From Octopus sinensis (Eukaryota): 64,000 nucleotides of DNA. Within the stretch, counting starts at the first letter, position 1. Each line of letters begins with the position of its first letter. Shown one piece after another: positions 36,025-48,359 of this stretch. Under the pieces are notes generated by a model that had not been told where the DNA came from, did not search any database, and saw only the letters and a program-made list of their open reading frames with translations. The stretch spans positions 9,114,001 to 9,178,000 of the forward strand of contig NC_043012.1 of assembly GCF_006345805.1 (NCBI RefSeq). Direction: 5' to 3'. The position numbers and the translations under genes are program-made.

Positions 36025-36192
36025 TATTTAGCGTCTAATTGAGCGAATAAATTTATTAGCAAGCACTTTAGCTTAATGGCAAAGTACTCAGCTGAAGTCT
36101 TTGAGGGATACGGGTTCGAGTCCACTGGCTGTTTGTTGGCAAATTTTTTCTGCCTTGTAAGGGTAATTTATTCACCATTTCTGCTGTTCTAA
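36025..36192 (+). mobile_element. tRNA-derived repeat (tRNA-Phe-like head; not a functional tRNA)
   Basis: A box TAGCTTAATGG, CTGAAGT loop, B box GGTTCGAGTCC. The acceptor stem does not pair. Confidence 0.7.
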
Positions 36193-36318
36193 CGGCAACT
36201 CTGCGTTCAAAAGTATATTGTTATATTTCGGAATGGTTATTTTTTTTCGTATTCAATTTTTACTTCAGCTCTCTCATTGTTTTTATTTTAGCGTCCTTTA
36301 CCTACCTACCTACCTACC

Positions 36319-36344
<26 letters not shown>

Positions 36345-36351
<7 letters not shown>

Positions 36352-36570
36352 AAAATAGGATAAAATCTTCATAAGAATTTATCAAGTAGTTAGCGTGAAA
36401 AACCTCATAGGAGAAAAAACCCATCAATTTTTCCTTTAAAATTTATTTATTTATATTATATAGAGGGCACTATTACACAAACAACGTGTCTATTTATTTT
36501 AGTAGTTTTGACCTTAAGAGTCCCTCCTAGCGTGAGGCATATATGCGTAATAGTGCCCTCTATATAATAT
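36345..36570. mobile_element. Interspersed repeat with a perfect 24-bp internal inverted repeat (MITE-like)
   Basis: ATATTATATAGAGGGCACTATTAC (36453-36476) / GTAATAGTGCCCTCTATATAATAT (36547-36570). Related copy at about 55733-55995. Confidence 0.7.
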
Positions 36571-36956
36571 ATATATATATATATGTACGTACGTATGAAT
36601 GTATGTCTGTGTGTGTGTAAGGATCTCATACCTTATGACCTCGTTTAGAAAAATAGACTGTTCGATATCATTGCAGGAGATCTATCTCTCTTTCGCTCTC
36701 TCTCTCTCTGCAATACGTATAACAACAAAGAAAACTGGAGAGGAAGAGTTAAGGGTATAGAAAGCAAAAAAATATTGTTTGTTGTTTGCTAAGAAAGTAA
36801 TATGCCTTCTGCATTAAAAATTCAATTTAGTTAAGAGCATTTTATCACATGTAAAAACCTTGCTAAACACTTGAAACACCTACACATATAAGCAAATGGT
36901 TGTGTGTGTGTGTATGTATGCGTGTATAATATAGGCATACACACACAAAAGTATAT

Positions 36957-36999
<43 letters not shown>

Positions 37000-37028
37000 T
37001 ACATACATATATATATATACATACATAT

Positions 37029-37113
<85 letters not shown>

Positions 37114-37127
37114 CATATATACATACA

Positions 37128-37193
<66 letters not shown>

Positions 37194-37359
37194 GATATAT
37201 ATATATAGACATACACACACATATGAATGCATGAATATACGTACACGTATGCATGTTCCAAATATAATATACACAGTACGCATGCGCACACGCACAGTTA
37301 TTTTGCGTATGTAGATTTACATCTCTGTCTTTTTCTGTATACATGTATGTATATTATAC

Positions 37360-37391
<32 letters not shown>

Positions 37392-37671
37392 ATATATAGA
37401 CATATATATTGTATACACACAATATATTATATATACATATCGTATGCATACACACACATATACACACATACATACGTACATACATGCAAGCACGTATACA
37501 CAATGGAAGTATATAACAATAAGTTATTTTAAAATCTACTTTTGTTAATTAATTTCACTAAGATTGTTAATATACTTTTTCAAATAAAATCATGTATATT
37601 ATTTGACAAAATACATTAAGAAAATTAATCCTGAAGGAGTAGCTTCGAGAGCGCTCGTTAAAGCCAATCTA

Positions 37672-37744
<73 letters not shown>

Positions 37745-37761
37745 GTCTGTCTATCTGTCTG

Positions 37762-37836
<75 letters not shown>

Positions 37837-37847
37837 GTATGTCTGTA

Positions 37848-37878
<31 letters not shown>

Positions 37879-37981
37879 ATATCTATGAGTGTGTCTATGT
37901 GTGAACTGTAGCTGAATAGGCCGAAAACAGTTCGAAATTAGTAGTAATAAAATAAATAAAAATAAACTGGAAACGAGGTCG

Positions 37982-38405
37982 TATTTCTTATTTCTTTATT
38001 GCCCAGGAGGGGTTAAACACAGAGGAGACAAACAAGGACAAACAAACGGATTAAGTCGATTACATCGACCCCAGTGCGTAACTAGTACTTAATTTATCGA
38101 CCCCGAAAGGATGAAAGGCAAATGCGACCTCGGCGGAATTTGAACTCAGAACGTAGGGTTGACGAAATACCTGTTTCTTTACTACCCACAAGGGGCTAAA
38201 CACAGAGAAGACAAACAAGGACAGACAAACGGATTAAGTCGATTACATCGACCCCAGTGCGTAACTGGTACTTAATTTATCGACGCCGAAAGTATGAAAG
38301 GCAAAGTCGAGTTCGGCGGAATTTGAACTCAGAACATAGCGGCAGGCTAAATACCGCTAAGCATTTCGCCCAGCGTGCTAACGTTTCTGCCAGCTCGTCG
38401 CCTTA
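37982..38405 (-). mobile_element. Tandem dimer of SINE type C
   Basis: AAACACAGAG..GACAAACAAGGACA.ACAAACGGATTAAGTCGATTACATCGACCCC occurs twice (about 38015 and 38198). Only the right copy retains the head. Confidence 0.9.
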
Positions 38406-38664
38406 AGAAGCCGTCTTTCTGTTATAAGGACATGCCTCAGCGTCGGCAGTCACATGAGTACGGGCTGCATCTGAAGATGAATGGGTCGGATATTTATAAA
38501 AATCACATGACGTGATTGTGGCTAATATATTTAAAACTGGTTGAAGTTGAGTTTTATTCTTATTCAGTTCCGATTGTTGACACGACTTGCTGGATTGTTT
38601 ATTATGTCACATGCACAGCTCAGTGTCCTAGTGTTATATTTATATTTATGCATTCATATATCTT

Positions 38665-39020
38665 ATCTTTTATCTGTTTCAGTCATTATACTGTGGCCAT
38701 GCTGGGGCACCATCTTGAAGAACATTTAATCGAATGAATCGACACCAGTACTTAATCTCTTTTTGATCCTGGTATATATTCTAACGGTCACTTATTGCCG
38801 AACAGTTAGATTACAGGAACGTAAACAAACCAACATCAGTTGTCAAGCAGTAGTCGGACACACACACACATTTATACGACGAGCTTCTTACAGTTTCTGT
38901 CTACCAAATCCACTCTCAAGGCTTTGGTCCGCCCAAGGCTATAGTAGAAGACACTAGCCCATGGTGTCAAGCAGTGGTACTGAAGCCGGAACCATGTAGT
39001 TGCGAAGTTTCTTACCACAC
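38665..39020 (-). mobile_element. SINE type D (diverged)
   Basis: Homologous to 11281-11698. Confidence 0.8.
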
Positions 39021-39384
39021 AGCTTTATATACAATGGTAGTCTCCTGTAATCCAAGGAAGACGCTTCTGCAATTTTTTGCCGAAAAAGCCGCACAAATAG
39101 TTTCTTTATAGTGATCAAAGGTTTGTGCTGTACGTCAGCTCATTCCATCCATCAAATCGACGTTGCCTGAACAGGAACACGACAAGCATCGAAGTGATCG
39201 CAGGGTGACGTTAGATTAAGTGTCTTACTCAAGAATACAACTCACCACTCGGTCTAGGAATTGAAATCACAATCTCATGGTCGTAAATGCAACTCTCCAA
39301 ACACTAGGCCATGTACCCTCATATACATATACATTCACGCACACACACATATACACATACACATATATATGTATATATACAGTT

Positions 39385-39666
39385 AATCCAAACATGAACA
39401 AAGAAAAAACACAACGCGAGGACGTGGAACAAGTATAGTGTTAATGGACGCTCAGTAAAGGAAAGAAAGAAGGAGGATTTAACGTTTCAAGCGGAGCTCT
39501 TCGTCAGAAACATAGAAAAAGGAAAGGTCCAAGGAAGAGAAGACGGAGGAAGATAATCGCCAACGATACACACGCGGTCATATATTGAAATGACCGGAAG
39601 GGAATGGGTGAAGAAATACACACACACACACACACACACATATATATGTATATATGTATATATATA

Positions 39667-39716
<50 letters not shown>

Positions 39717-39722
39717 AACATA

Positions 39723-39753
<31 letters not shown>

Positions 39754-39974
39754 ATGTATGTATGTATATACATAATCAATCCAAACATGAACAAGCAAGA
39801 ACAGACAACAACGCGAGGTCGTCGAATAAGTAGAGTATTATTGGACGCTCACGAATGGAAAGAAAAGAAAGAGGACTTCACGTTTCGAGCGGAGCTCTTT
39901 GTCAGAAATATAGAAAAAGTCCAAAGAATGGAAAACGGAGAAAGAAATCGCCAAGGATACACACGCGGTCACAT
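39385..39974 (-). mobile_element. Two tandem copies (39385-39614, 39778-39974) of a short repeat carrying a minimal hammerhead motif
   Basis: Both start AATCCAAACATGAACAA and end CACACGCGGTCA on plus. Period 393 bp, separated by microsatellite. Confidence 0.8.
39477..39511 (-). ncRNA. Minimal type I hammerhead ribozyme-like motif
   Basis: Minus GTTT CTGACGA A GAGC TCC GCTT GAAAC GTT AAAT: core, stem II, palindromic AACGTT stem III, GUU site. One extra A after the core. Confidence 0.55.
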
Positions 39975-40656
39975 ATTGTATATACATGCATATACGCTCG
40001 CACACGCATGCGCGCCTACACACACATACACACACAGTCATACAAATATTAGTTTTAACGAGCGTTTTCCCAGCAGCTACTTGCTTCTAGATTTATTTTC
40101 TTAATGGATTTTGTCGAATAACTATATTTATAACTCCATATATTGCTTTCACAGTGTTTATTGAAGCAAGTCTGGTAGATTTACTGCCACTGAAAAATAT
40201 GGGTGACTCAGACCTTCATGCGGTTCCACCAGACTTGAATCTCTCTTGCTTTGTCTGTCGCTATTATATTTAATCTGGTTTTATCGCCGTTATTCAATTC
40301 CTGTCGGTCATGCTAATTGCGGAGACGTTCTATTACGTCCTGACGGCATTGAAATTGACACGTCTAACAATTTTTTTCGCTCAATTAGAATTCATACTGA
40401 CATACAGTCTCTCTCTCTTTCTCTCTCTGTCTCTCCGTCTCTCTCTCTCTCGATCTCCTCTCTCACCTACGCATATCGAGATCAAAAGAGATGGACAAAT
40501 ATATAGAAAGATGTTAATATTCAACAATTTAATCAACATCATCGAAAAATAAGGAAATAAGGTAATAACTTCTCTAATAAATGTCAGTTGTGTATATCTG
40601 AACATATTTCACACACACACACAACACACACACACACACACACAACACACACACGC

Positions 40657-40716
<60 letters not shown>

Positions 40717-41382
40717 CTGTATATATAAAAGGCAGGATGTGTGTGTGTGTACGTGAATGTAATTTATGCACGTCCACAAATTAGCACGCATGTCGCACCA
40801 ATTTTAGGAGGACATTCGTCACGACCCTAGCTGTATTTTCGTCAACTTATTTTTCCCGAGACACCTACGGGTAACGGTAAAAATCGATTTTCAACCTTAA
40901 CTTTTACCAATTTTGAAGTTTGCTAACATCAGTTAAGTCCCTTCTTGCCATAGCGAAGTGAAAATGTGTATGTATCAGAGAGAGAGATAGAGAAGTTGTG
41001 TTGATGTATATGTGTGTGTGTGAGAGAAAGAAGTTGTGTGTTAATGTATGTGTGTGTGTGTGAGGGACAGAGAAAGTTAAAGCGTTCACCAAAAATAAAA
41101 ATGTAAAATGTTTTTTTCTTAAACACGAGATATAGTATTCAAATTTAGGATATAGTATTCAAATTTATATATGCATGTATATATACATGCGCACACACAC
41201 TATACACTGCACACGCACATACACACATATATACATATACATAATTTACGTGTAAACACATACACACGCATACGCACAAACATAATTATGTGCATCCACA
41301 TAAACGTAAAATAGAGTGGAGAAAATAGCATTCGAAAAGCTTCAGAGGTTGTTACTTTCGCTGGATGTGTGTGAATATGATT

Positions 41383-41413
<31 letters not shown>

Positions 41414-42438
41414 GTAGTATACAAATACACACACATATACATGTGTATACACATCACGTATCCTTAAGGAAGTATTTATTGCACGGGGGCCATGACATTG
41501 AGTGCTAAGCGCTTCCGCCTTTACAGGAATGACGATGTATTGACGTATCTTGTTTCAAAATTACATCATTGTTCCAAGTTCCATCTAATTGTGCTGCATT
41601 CGATAGCCTTGTACACCAGCTTCAACTTGATCCATGTCCTTAAAACAAATGTTGACTGAAGAAAACTGTAAGGAATCCCGCCAGGTGCCTTATATCTTGT
41701 TGCTAGCTATGTCGCCATCGTCTAGTTCTTAGCTGCCTTCAGCAAAATCCACTCTTTACTCGCAATTGGACCAATCATCTATCTGTCGCAATTCCTCGAC
41801 CAATCTCAAAGAACCCTCTAAAACAATCATCAGCGTTGCCATTTTTCATCTGATTAACCTGTATTACAGAAATAATTTTCTTTGGTACCAGTACAAAATA
41901 TGAATCAAGATTTCTTTGGTAAAAACATCAGAACTCTAGCAACGCTATCGCCCGCTGTAAAATATTTCTAAAGCTGGTAAATTTTAACTCTAAATTAAAT
42001 TAATTTGGTGTTCCAAAATATCGCAACTGCAGTATCGATCACTCAGAATCGATAATAGCGTTTCGTTATGGATGAATACATTGATTTTAGAAAAGTTTAC
42101 CTTATAAATAACGTATTCCATCAAAGTTTATTAATAGAATACAAGAACGACCAAAACCAATTAATTCTATAAAAAGTTCCAATAGATTTTCATTTTCTTT
42201 TTCTGTTAAATTCAAACGCATGAATCAGTATAAAAACATTCTAAGTGACAGGTATTGACATTTCAGAGAATGGAATTTAGGTGAGGTTATGCCATAATGA
42301 CGTTCAAGGTAAAATAAACCATAAAAATCTAAATTAATTGTTTTTGTAAGCACCAGGCATATAGCGTTCATAGTTTTCTGACTTTTGACACTCGGCTGCT
42401 TGGCTGCAGATCAGTTGTAGTAGGGCAGATATATGATC

Positions 42439-42739
42439 GGAGGCGCAGTGGCCAAGTGGTTAGGGCAGCGAACTCGCGGTTTCGATTCCCAGACCGGGCG
42501 TTGTGTGTGTTTATTGAGCGAAAACACCTAAAGCTGCACGAGGCTCCGGCAGAGGATGCTGGCGACCCCTGTTGTACTCTTTTGCCCCAACTTTCTCTAA
42601 CTCTTTCTTCCTGTTTCTTTGGTAACGCTGCGATGGACTGGCGTCCCGTCCAGTTGGGCGGAACACAAACGCGATTGAAACCGGGAAAACCGGGCCCATG
42701 AGCCTGGCTAGGCTTGAAAAGGGCGCATAAATAAAAAGA
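42439..42739 (+). mobile_element. SINE type A with a 12-bp target site duplication
   Basis: AGATATATGATC at 42427-42438 and 42740-42751. Head, body and CCGGGAAAACCGGGCCC tail present. Confidence 0.92.
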
Positions 42740-44088
42740 AGATATATGATCAAAAACTGTTCTTGCCGTGATAACCTATTTTTCATCAGGTAGTGCATCT
42801 AGGGTTAAATTATTTAACGCACCCTTCATCATTCAAAACGGCAGGATGTGAATTTTGCGAGATTTGGCTGCTATTTTAGCAGCTCGTCACACAATTTAAA
42901 GTCCTCATCGTTAGATTATGTTGATCATTTATTTCCCAAGAGTAGTCGAAATGAAAGAACCGTAGATAAAAATTGAAGATGAGTCGAGGTGTTTGCTTAC
43001 CGAATTTTATATTTTATATTTTCTGTATGGTTCGTTAGTTTTGTTATCTTTTCGTCATGACCCATGGCAGAAATTCCGGAGTTGTTGGTGTTGGGGAAAG
43101 AAAGTATCCTGGAACCAGATACCCGGCCCGAATTCTTGCAATTCAGTGGTCTCCACTAAAGACACTCAATACACCTGGCAATGATGTTAAGTACGTCATG
43201 GCGAGGTTTCATCTCAGAGCGCAAAAAGTGACAATCAAATCTTCCCCTTCTTTATATTGTATTTCTCACTCTCAGAAAGCAAACTGACATCGATAGAATT
43301 TGAATTCAAAACACAAGATACCGGAATGAATATCACAATAAATTTCGTATAGCAGCTTCAATAGTTTCCACCGTCATTCCGTGAATCTCATCAGTTTTAG
43401 TTTAATAATGAATTAATAGATATCCCTCATTATGCTGAGGTTCGGAGGCCTCAGTTACAATCCATTCATAACGTCATCATATTCTATTCGGGATGAATAA
43501 CGCCGTCAGTTTCTAAATTCTTTTCAAATCTGATTTACTGTCAGAGGTTGACTCTCTAACTCTTCGATTCTTCACAAGCACTCACAGGCATTGAGGGGTT
43601 ACGCTCCGAGTCGACCTTTCCAAGGCTACTTTCCAAGTCTGGCTACTTTCCCACAACTATTTATGAATTTTTATCCCCTATTTATTGCTAGGTAGTTAAC
43701 CCCGACGTTTGTTCATCTGATCTTCTGAGATGTATTTGTCCTGCAGAGTTTTTAGCAGTCCTCCTGATCAGGCAAGCTTGATGGGTGGGGTGGGGGATCC
43801 ATTTTATATATACAATGGTTTGTATCGAACTACAAGTTACCAATAACACTCATGGGCGACCTGACATAAATATTAACATCTAATATTAGCCGCAACAAAT
43901 TAGCTGTAATATACAGGAAACCAGCCATAAAACTATCATTCCTTTTTCTTTCTATATTCATTTATATCTAATGTTATCTCAGTAATACTTCTAAATTTTA
44001 ATATGAGACCATTACAAAGTATATTACCAACTAAGTCCAAATTGGATTTTCAACTTTCGGTTCACAGTTCTATAATTTAGGTTCAATT

Positions 44089-44337
44089 AAACATTTGCAG
44101 CGTGGAAGGTGTTTATAAGCCACTTAAGAAACATACAAAAACCGTTAGATTCACTTCAAAATTTAAATTTAATTTGTCAAATTCCGTGCTGCATCACGGA
44201 ATTTTGTCAGTGAAAAGGTCGCGATCTCAAAGCGACGAAAATATTTTGACATATTAAATTTAAATGTTGAAGTGAATCTAACGGTTTTTGTGTGTTTCTT
44301 AAATGGCTTATAAACACCTTCCACGCTGCAATTGTTT
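44089..44337. mobile_element. Palindromic fold-back element (MITE-like)
   Basis: Arms 44089-44181 and 44244-44337 are near-perfect reverse complements. Central hairpin AATTCCGTG CTGCAT CACGGAATT. Confidence 0.9.
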
Positions 44338-45329
44338 TCGTTCTAGCACACGATCTCAGATCAGGTCACTTGCTATGCAAGTACATCTCCACAATTAAAT
44401 ATTATTTTCAGCTAAACATATCGAGTAGTTTCATAAATGGCGTCTAACAAAAGATCAGTGATTGAGCTTTCCCTCAAGTACAAGTCGGCTATAAAACATT
44501 TTCCTAGGTTCTCAAATATATATCATGGGGAAAAGATGGAAGTTGTATGAAAGAATTTTAGTAAATAGAAAAAAAAGAGAGATTAGTCGTCTGTTTTGAC
44601 ATTGACAGCAGACATTTGTCAAAGCATAAATCACACACAAATATATATTTTTTTCACCAAAAGATACTCTCGTAATAATATTGGTTTCAGCAAATAATCT
44701 TTCTGTTCCACAACGTTATTTTTCTCCCGTAACTATCGATCTTGGACCCCCGTCCCCCCAAAAAACCAAAACAAAACAACCCCCCCCCCCACCAACCCAC
44801 AACTTTTTAGATTTTCACTTTTGAAACTTGAGAAATTTATTGATGAGAGATTCTCAAGAAGAGGAAATAAAAGACGCCTTCAGCAGGAAGCTTATATAGC
44901 AAACGGAGTGAAAAAAAAAAAAAACTTTAGAGAAAAGTTTGGAATTAAACAAATTTTTATTTAAAAAAAAAATTCAACAGACATTACTTTTTGAATGTGG
45001 TACTTTTTGCTGAAATTTATCAAAGAATATTGAAACTTTTCTACAGAAGGCAACCATAACAATATTCTTTAGACATTCTATCGATTGGTAGGGGAGCACT
45101 ATAATTTACTTCACTTATTCTATAGGCTATTCATAATCTCAAAATATTTTACATATTTCAGGTTGTCATGCATCAAAAAATAATTTCAGGTTGTTTCTTG
45201 AATACCAATCCAGAGTTAATAAGAGAGAATGGGTTCTCTTCTACATTGAGTGTTTAGCTTTTCATTCCTTAGATATCTGCTGTTATAGTTCCTAGTAATA
45301 CTTTATTTGATGATGGTTAATGAAAAGAA

Positions 45330-45520
45330 AGGCGATGAGTTGGCGGGCAAAATGTTTAGAGGTATTTCGTCTGTCTTTACGTTCTGATTTCAAATTCCAC
45401 CGAAGTCGACCATTGCCTTTCATCCTTTCGAGGTAGATAAAATAAGTACCTGTCGAATACTGGGGTCATTGTAATCAACTTATCCTCTACTCCGAAGTCG
45501 CTGGCCTTCTGCCAAAATGT
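45330..45520 (+). mobile_element. SINE type C (diverged)
   Basis: AAGGCGATGAGTTGGC..TATTTCGTCTGTCTTTACGTTCTG..CAAATTCCACCGAAGTCGAC..AATAAGTACC. Confidence 0.8.
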
Positions 45521-45852
45521 GCGACCAATATCACGGTATAACGATGAAAAATAAAAAAATGGAAATGAAAATAACTTTTTCTAGGGGTATTTGGTGTGTA
45601 GATCACGAATATAACATCGGGTTCTTCCTGTGCCCCTTCAGTTTCTCGTAAATTATTAAATACACTGATGGTTCTGTAGGAATTGAGTGTGAACAGGATT
45701 GGGCCCAAACTGACAACTCTAGAAGTTATCAACGGATTTTGATATAATTTTAATGGGATGTTTCTAAGGTATTTCTCAACCTAAACTATGAAAATTATAA
45801 CCGTACACTCAATATTGTTATAGTTATATGGGTCCAAATCCGTGGTAAATCT

Positions 45853-47005
45853 GACAAGAAACCACACCTCTTCACCTGGACTCGTAATCTAATACTTATT
45901 AAGCAACGGAATAAAGTCCTGGCCTCACGTCTGCAACAATGGAACCTGTTGGATAAAGATACTCGAATTAAGGTATTTAGGAAGCGTTCTGTAGATCTAC
46001 AGCAATTCTTCACTTTTGAAAACAACTTGACTTATTGTAATGATATCAGAGACCTATACAATCCCCTTAAGCTGACTTAGGTACCAAAAGAGCAGAAGTT
46101 ATTCATAGATGCATCGCTTTACAACATAAAAGCGGTTCTTTTCACATTGAGAATACTATACCTTCAGTTCTAATTGCTCACTCAGTCATTTTAAGAGAGA
46201 CATATGAGAACCTCGCTTGTATTGTAGACCGCATAATCACAAGGTGCATGAGAGGTTAATTTATGTGGACTTGAAAGTAGTAGCGCGACTTAATGGGCTA
46301 CAAACTGGGTACACCAAGTTTATGTGCTTCCTTTGCAAGTGGGACAGCAGGGCCAGATAAGGACATTATGTACGCTCAGAATAGCCACCCCAGGAAACTA
46401 TGGCGCCTGGATGTCATAATGTAAATCATGAGCCACTAGTTAAGAAGGAGAAACTCATTTTGCCATCACTGCATAGGAAACTAGGCCTAATGAATCAATT
46501 TACCAAAGCACTGCAACATAACAAGCAATGGTTCCAGTAACTTAAAGCAATTTTACCTGAAATAAGTGCTGCTGAGATTAAAGAGGGCATTTTCGTAGGC
46601 CCTCAGATTCGTCAACTTAGAGCTGATAAGGACTTCGATTCGACAATGAGTGGAACTGAGCTAATGGCCTGACATGCATTTAAAGATGTATGCAAAGGAC
46701 CTCTGGGAAAGCACCAATTGGACCAGCAAGAAAGTATAGTTGAGCGCTTAATCAAGTGCTACCAAGATCTCGGATGCAATATGTCACTGAAGATACACTT
46801 TCTTCATTCTCATCTGTCCTTCCTCACAGAAAATTCAGATGTGAGTGATGAACATGGAGAGAGGTTCCATCAAGATATAGCGTCAATGCAAAGCAGGTAT
46901 AAGGGAAAATGGAGCCCGACTATGCTGACTGACTTCTGCTGGAACCTGAAGCATGACGCACCTGAGATGTCTTATAAACGAAGAAGTAAAAATACTAAAA
47001 TGTAG
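45853..47005 (+). pseudogene. CMC-superfamily (Chapaev3-like) DDE transposase, 5' truncated, with stops and frameshifts
   Basis: LASRLQQWNLL..KLFIDAS..PSV.IAHSV..ETYEN..DLKVVA..GLQTGYTKFMCFLCKWDSRAR..LH.KLGLM..KEGIFVGPQIR..LGCNMSLKIHFLHSHL..SDEHGERFHQDI..RYKGKW..DFCWNL. Family assignment is from recalled motifs. Confidence 0.85.
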
Positions 47006-47603
47006 GCTAATCTTAATATATAAAATACCCTGTCTGTGTGTGTGTCCCCTTAATGCACGCTTAAACCACTGGATCAATCTGTACTATACTTTGGTATATG
47101 AAAGCAACATACGGTCTTCAATTATGTTATTTTATTAAAAATAAATATTGCTCTCTATATATTGCTCTCTATATAAAGATTAACTTCAAATCGTCTTCTC
47201 AACTTCCAGTATTTGAACTTCCAGTTTTTGGCGTCCTAACCAGCTATTTACACACACGCGTATGTATACATCATTATCATTGTAACGATGTCTGATAAAA
47301 GAGAATTTTTAAACGCACTTTCGTGTCAGAAAAAAAATTCATACGGATATAGACGCTTTTTTCTCAATTAATTAAATGGCGTACTATATATTGTACATTA
47401 ATTTCCCAATATATATATCGGACATTTTTTTAACAAGTCGCCTTATTAAGACTTGATATTTCACATTTAAATCCCATGTGATTATTCTTGTCGCAAATCG
47501 ATTTATTAACACTTTCACTTAATTGTTTTGTCAATGTCAACATAGTAACTAAGTAACCAGCTATTTACACACACACAAACACGTATATATATATATATAT
47601 ATA

Positions 47604-48359
47604 TATAAAATATTATTAGAGACAAAACCACTATTTTGCAAAACAAACAAGGAAAGACTTAATCAATACATAAAATTTTAATAAATAGTCAATAAAACCG
47701 CCACTACAATTGTTTCTTGTCTTGATCGACAATCTTCAGGTGGACTTCAATCTAAAATATCAATATTTTAAAATATAAAAATAATAATTTTAAAATAATT
47801 AAAGTATTAATGAAAAAATATGAATATATAATCCATATATAACCTATATATAATCCATATATAATCAATATATAAACAATATATAAACTAAAATAAACCT
47901 ATCAACAATTAAATATAAAATATAAAATATAAAATATAAAATATAAAACAAAACAAAAAATAATAATAATATAATAATAATAAACTATATATACACCCAT
48001 ACACATATAACTAATTATATATAACCATATCTAACTACATACACTAAATCACACACCTATATATATATCCCTATACATACACATAAAAACGTCTAGGCAA
48101 CTATAAATAAATAAAATAGCTAAATACTTCAACACAATACTTATTCATACTCCCACACACTTATATAGCAATCCCTTTAACCTATACATTCACACACAAA
48201 TACACACACGTAAACCACACACCCATAACAAATACAAACACCCACCCCACTCACACACACCCACAAGTACATATAAACCTCATCATATACACCAAACAAA
48301 ATTACTTTACCAAGGAACTTAACATAAGTATAAAAAGTATTACCGCTCTGGAAACGAAC
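47604..48359 (-). repeat. Left arm of a 750-bp inverted repeat (Penelope-like terminal sequence)
   Basis: Reverse complement of 50249-50998. Differences noticed: three small indels (1, 2 and 3 bp) and one substitution. Confidence 0.95.
47701..47743 (-). ncRNA. Minimal type I hammerhead ribozyme motif (left arm)
   Basis: Exact reverse complement of 50859-50901. Confidence 0.7.

Noticed and set aside
36062-36131. Functional tRNA-Phe gene
   Set aside because: A/B boxes and a GAA loop are present, but the acceptor and anticodon stems do not pair properly and it continues into a repeat body shared with 35712-35876.
43071-43190. 120-nt phase 2-2 exon NSGVVGVGERKYPGTRYPARILAIQW..
   Set aside because: Splice signals are only moderate and no family was recognised.
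43700-43745. Hammerhead-like CAGAAGA..CAAACGTC on minus
   Set aside because: Both catalytic core segments are mutated and stem I is not evident.
45640-45740. RT motif fragment VSLGPILFTL on minus
   Set aside because: A single short motif with no flanking RT support.
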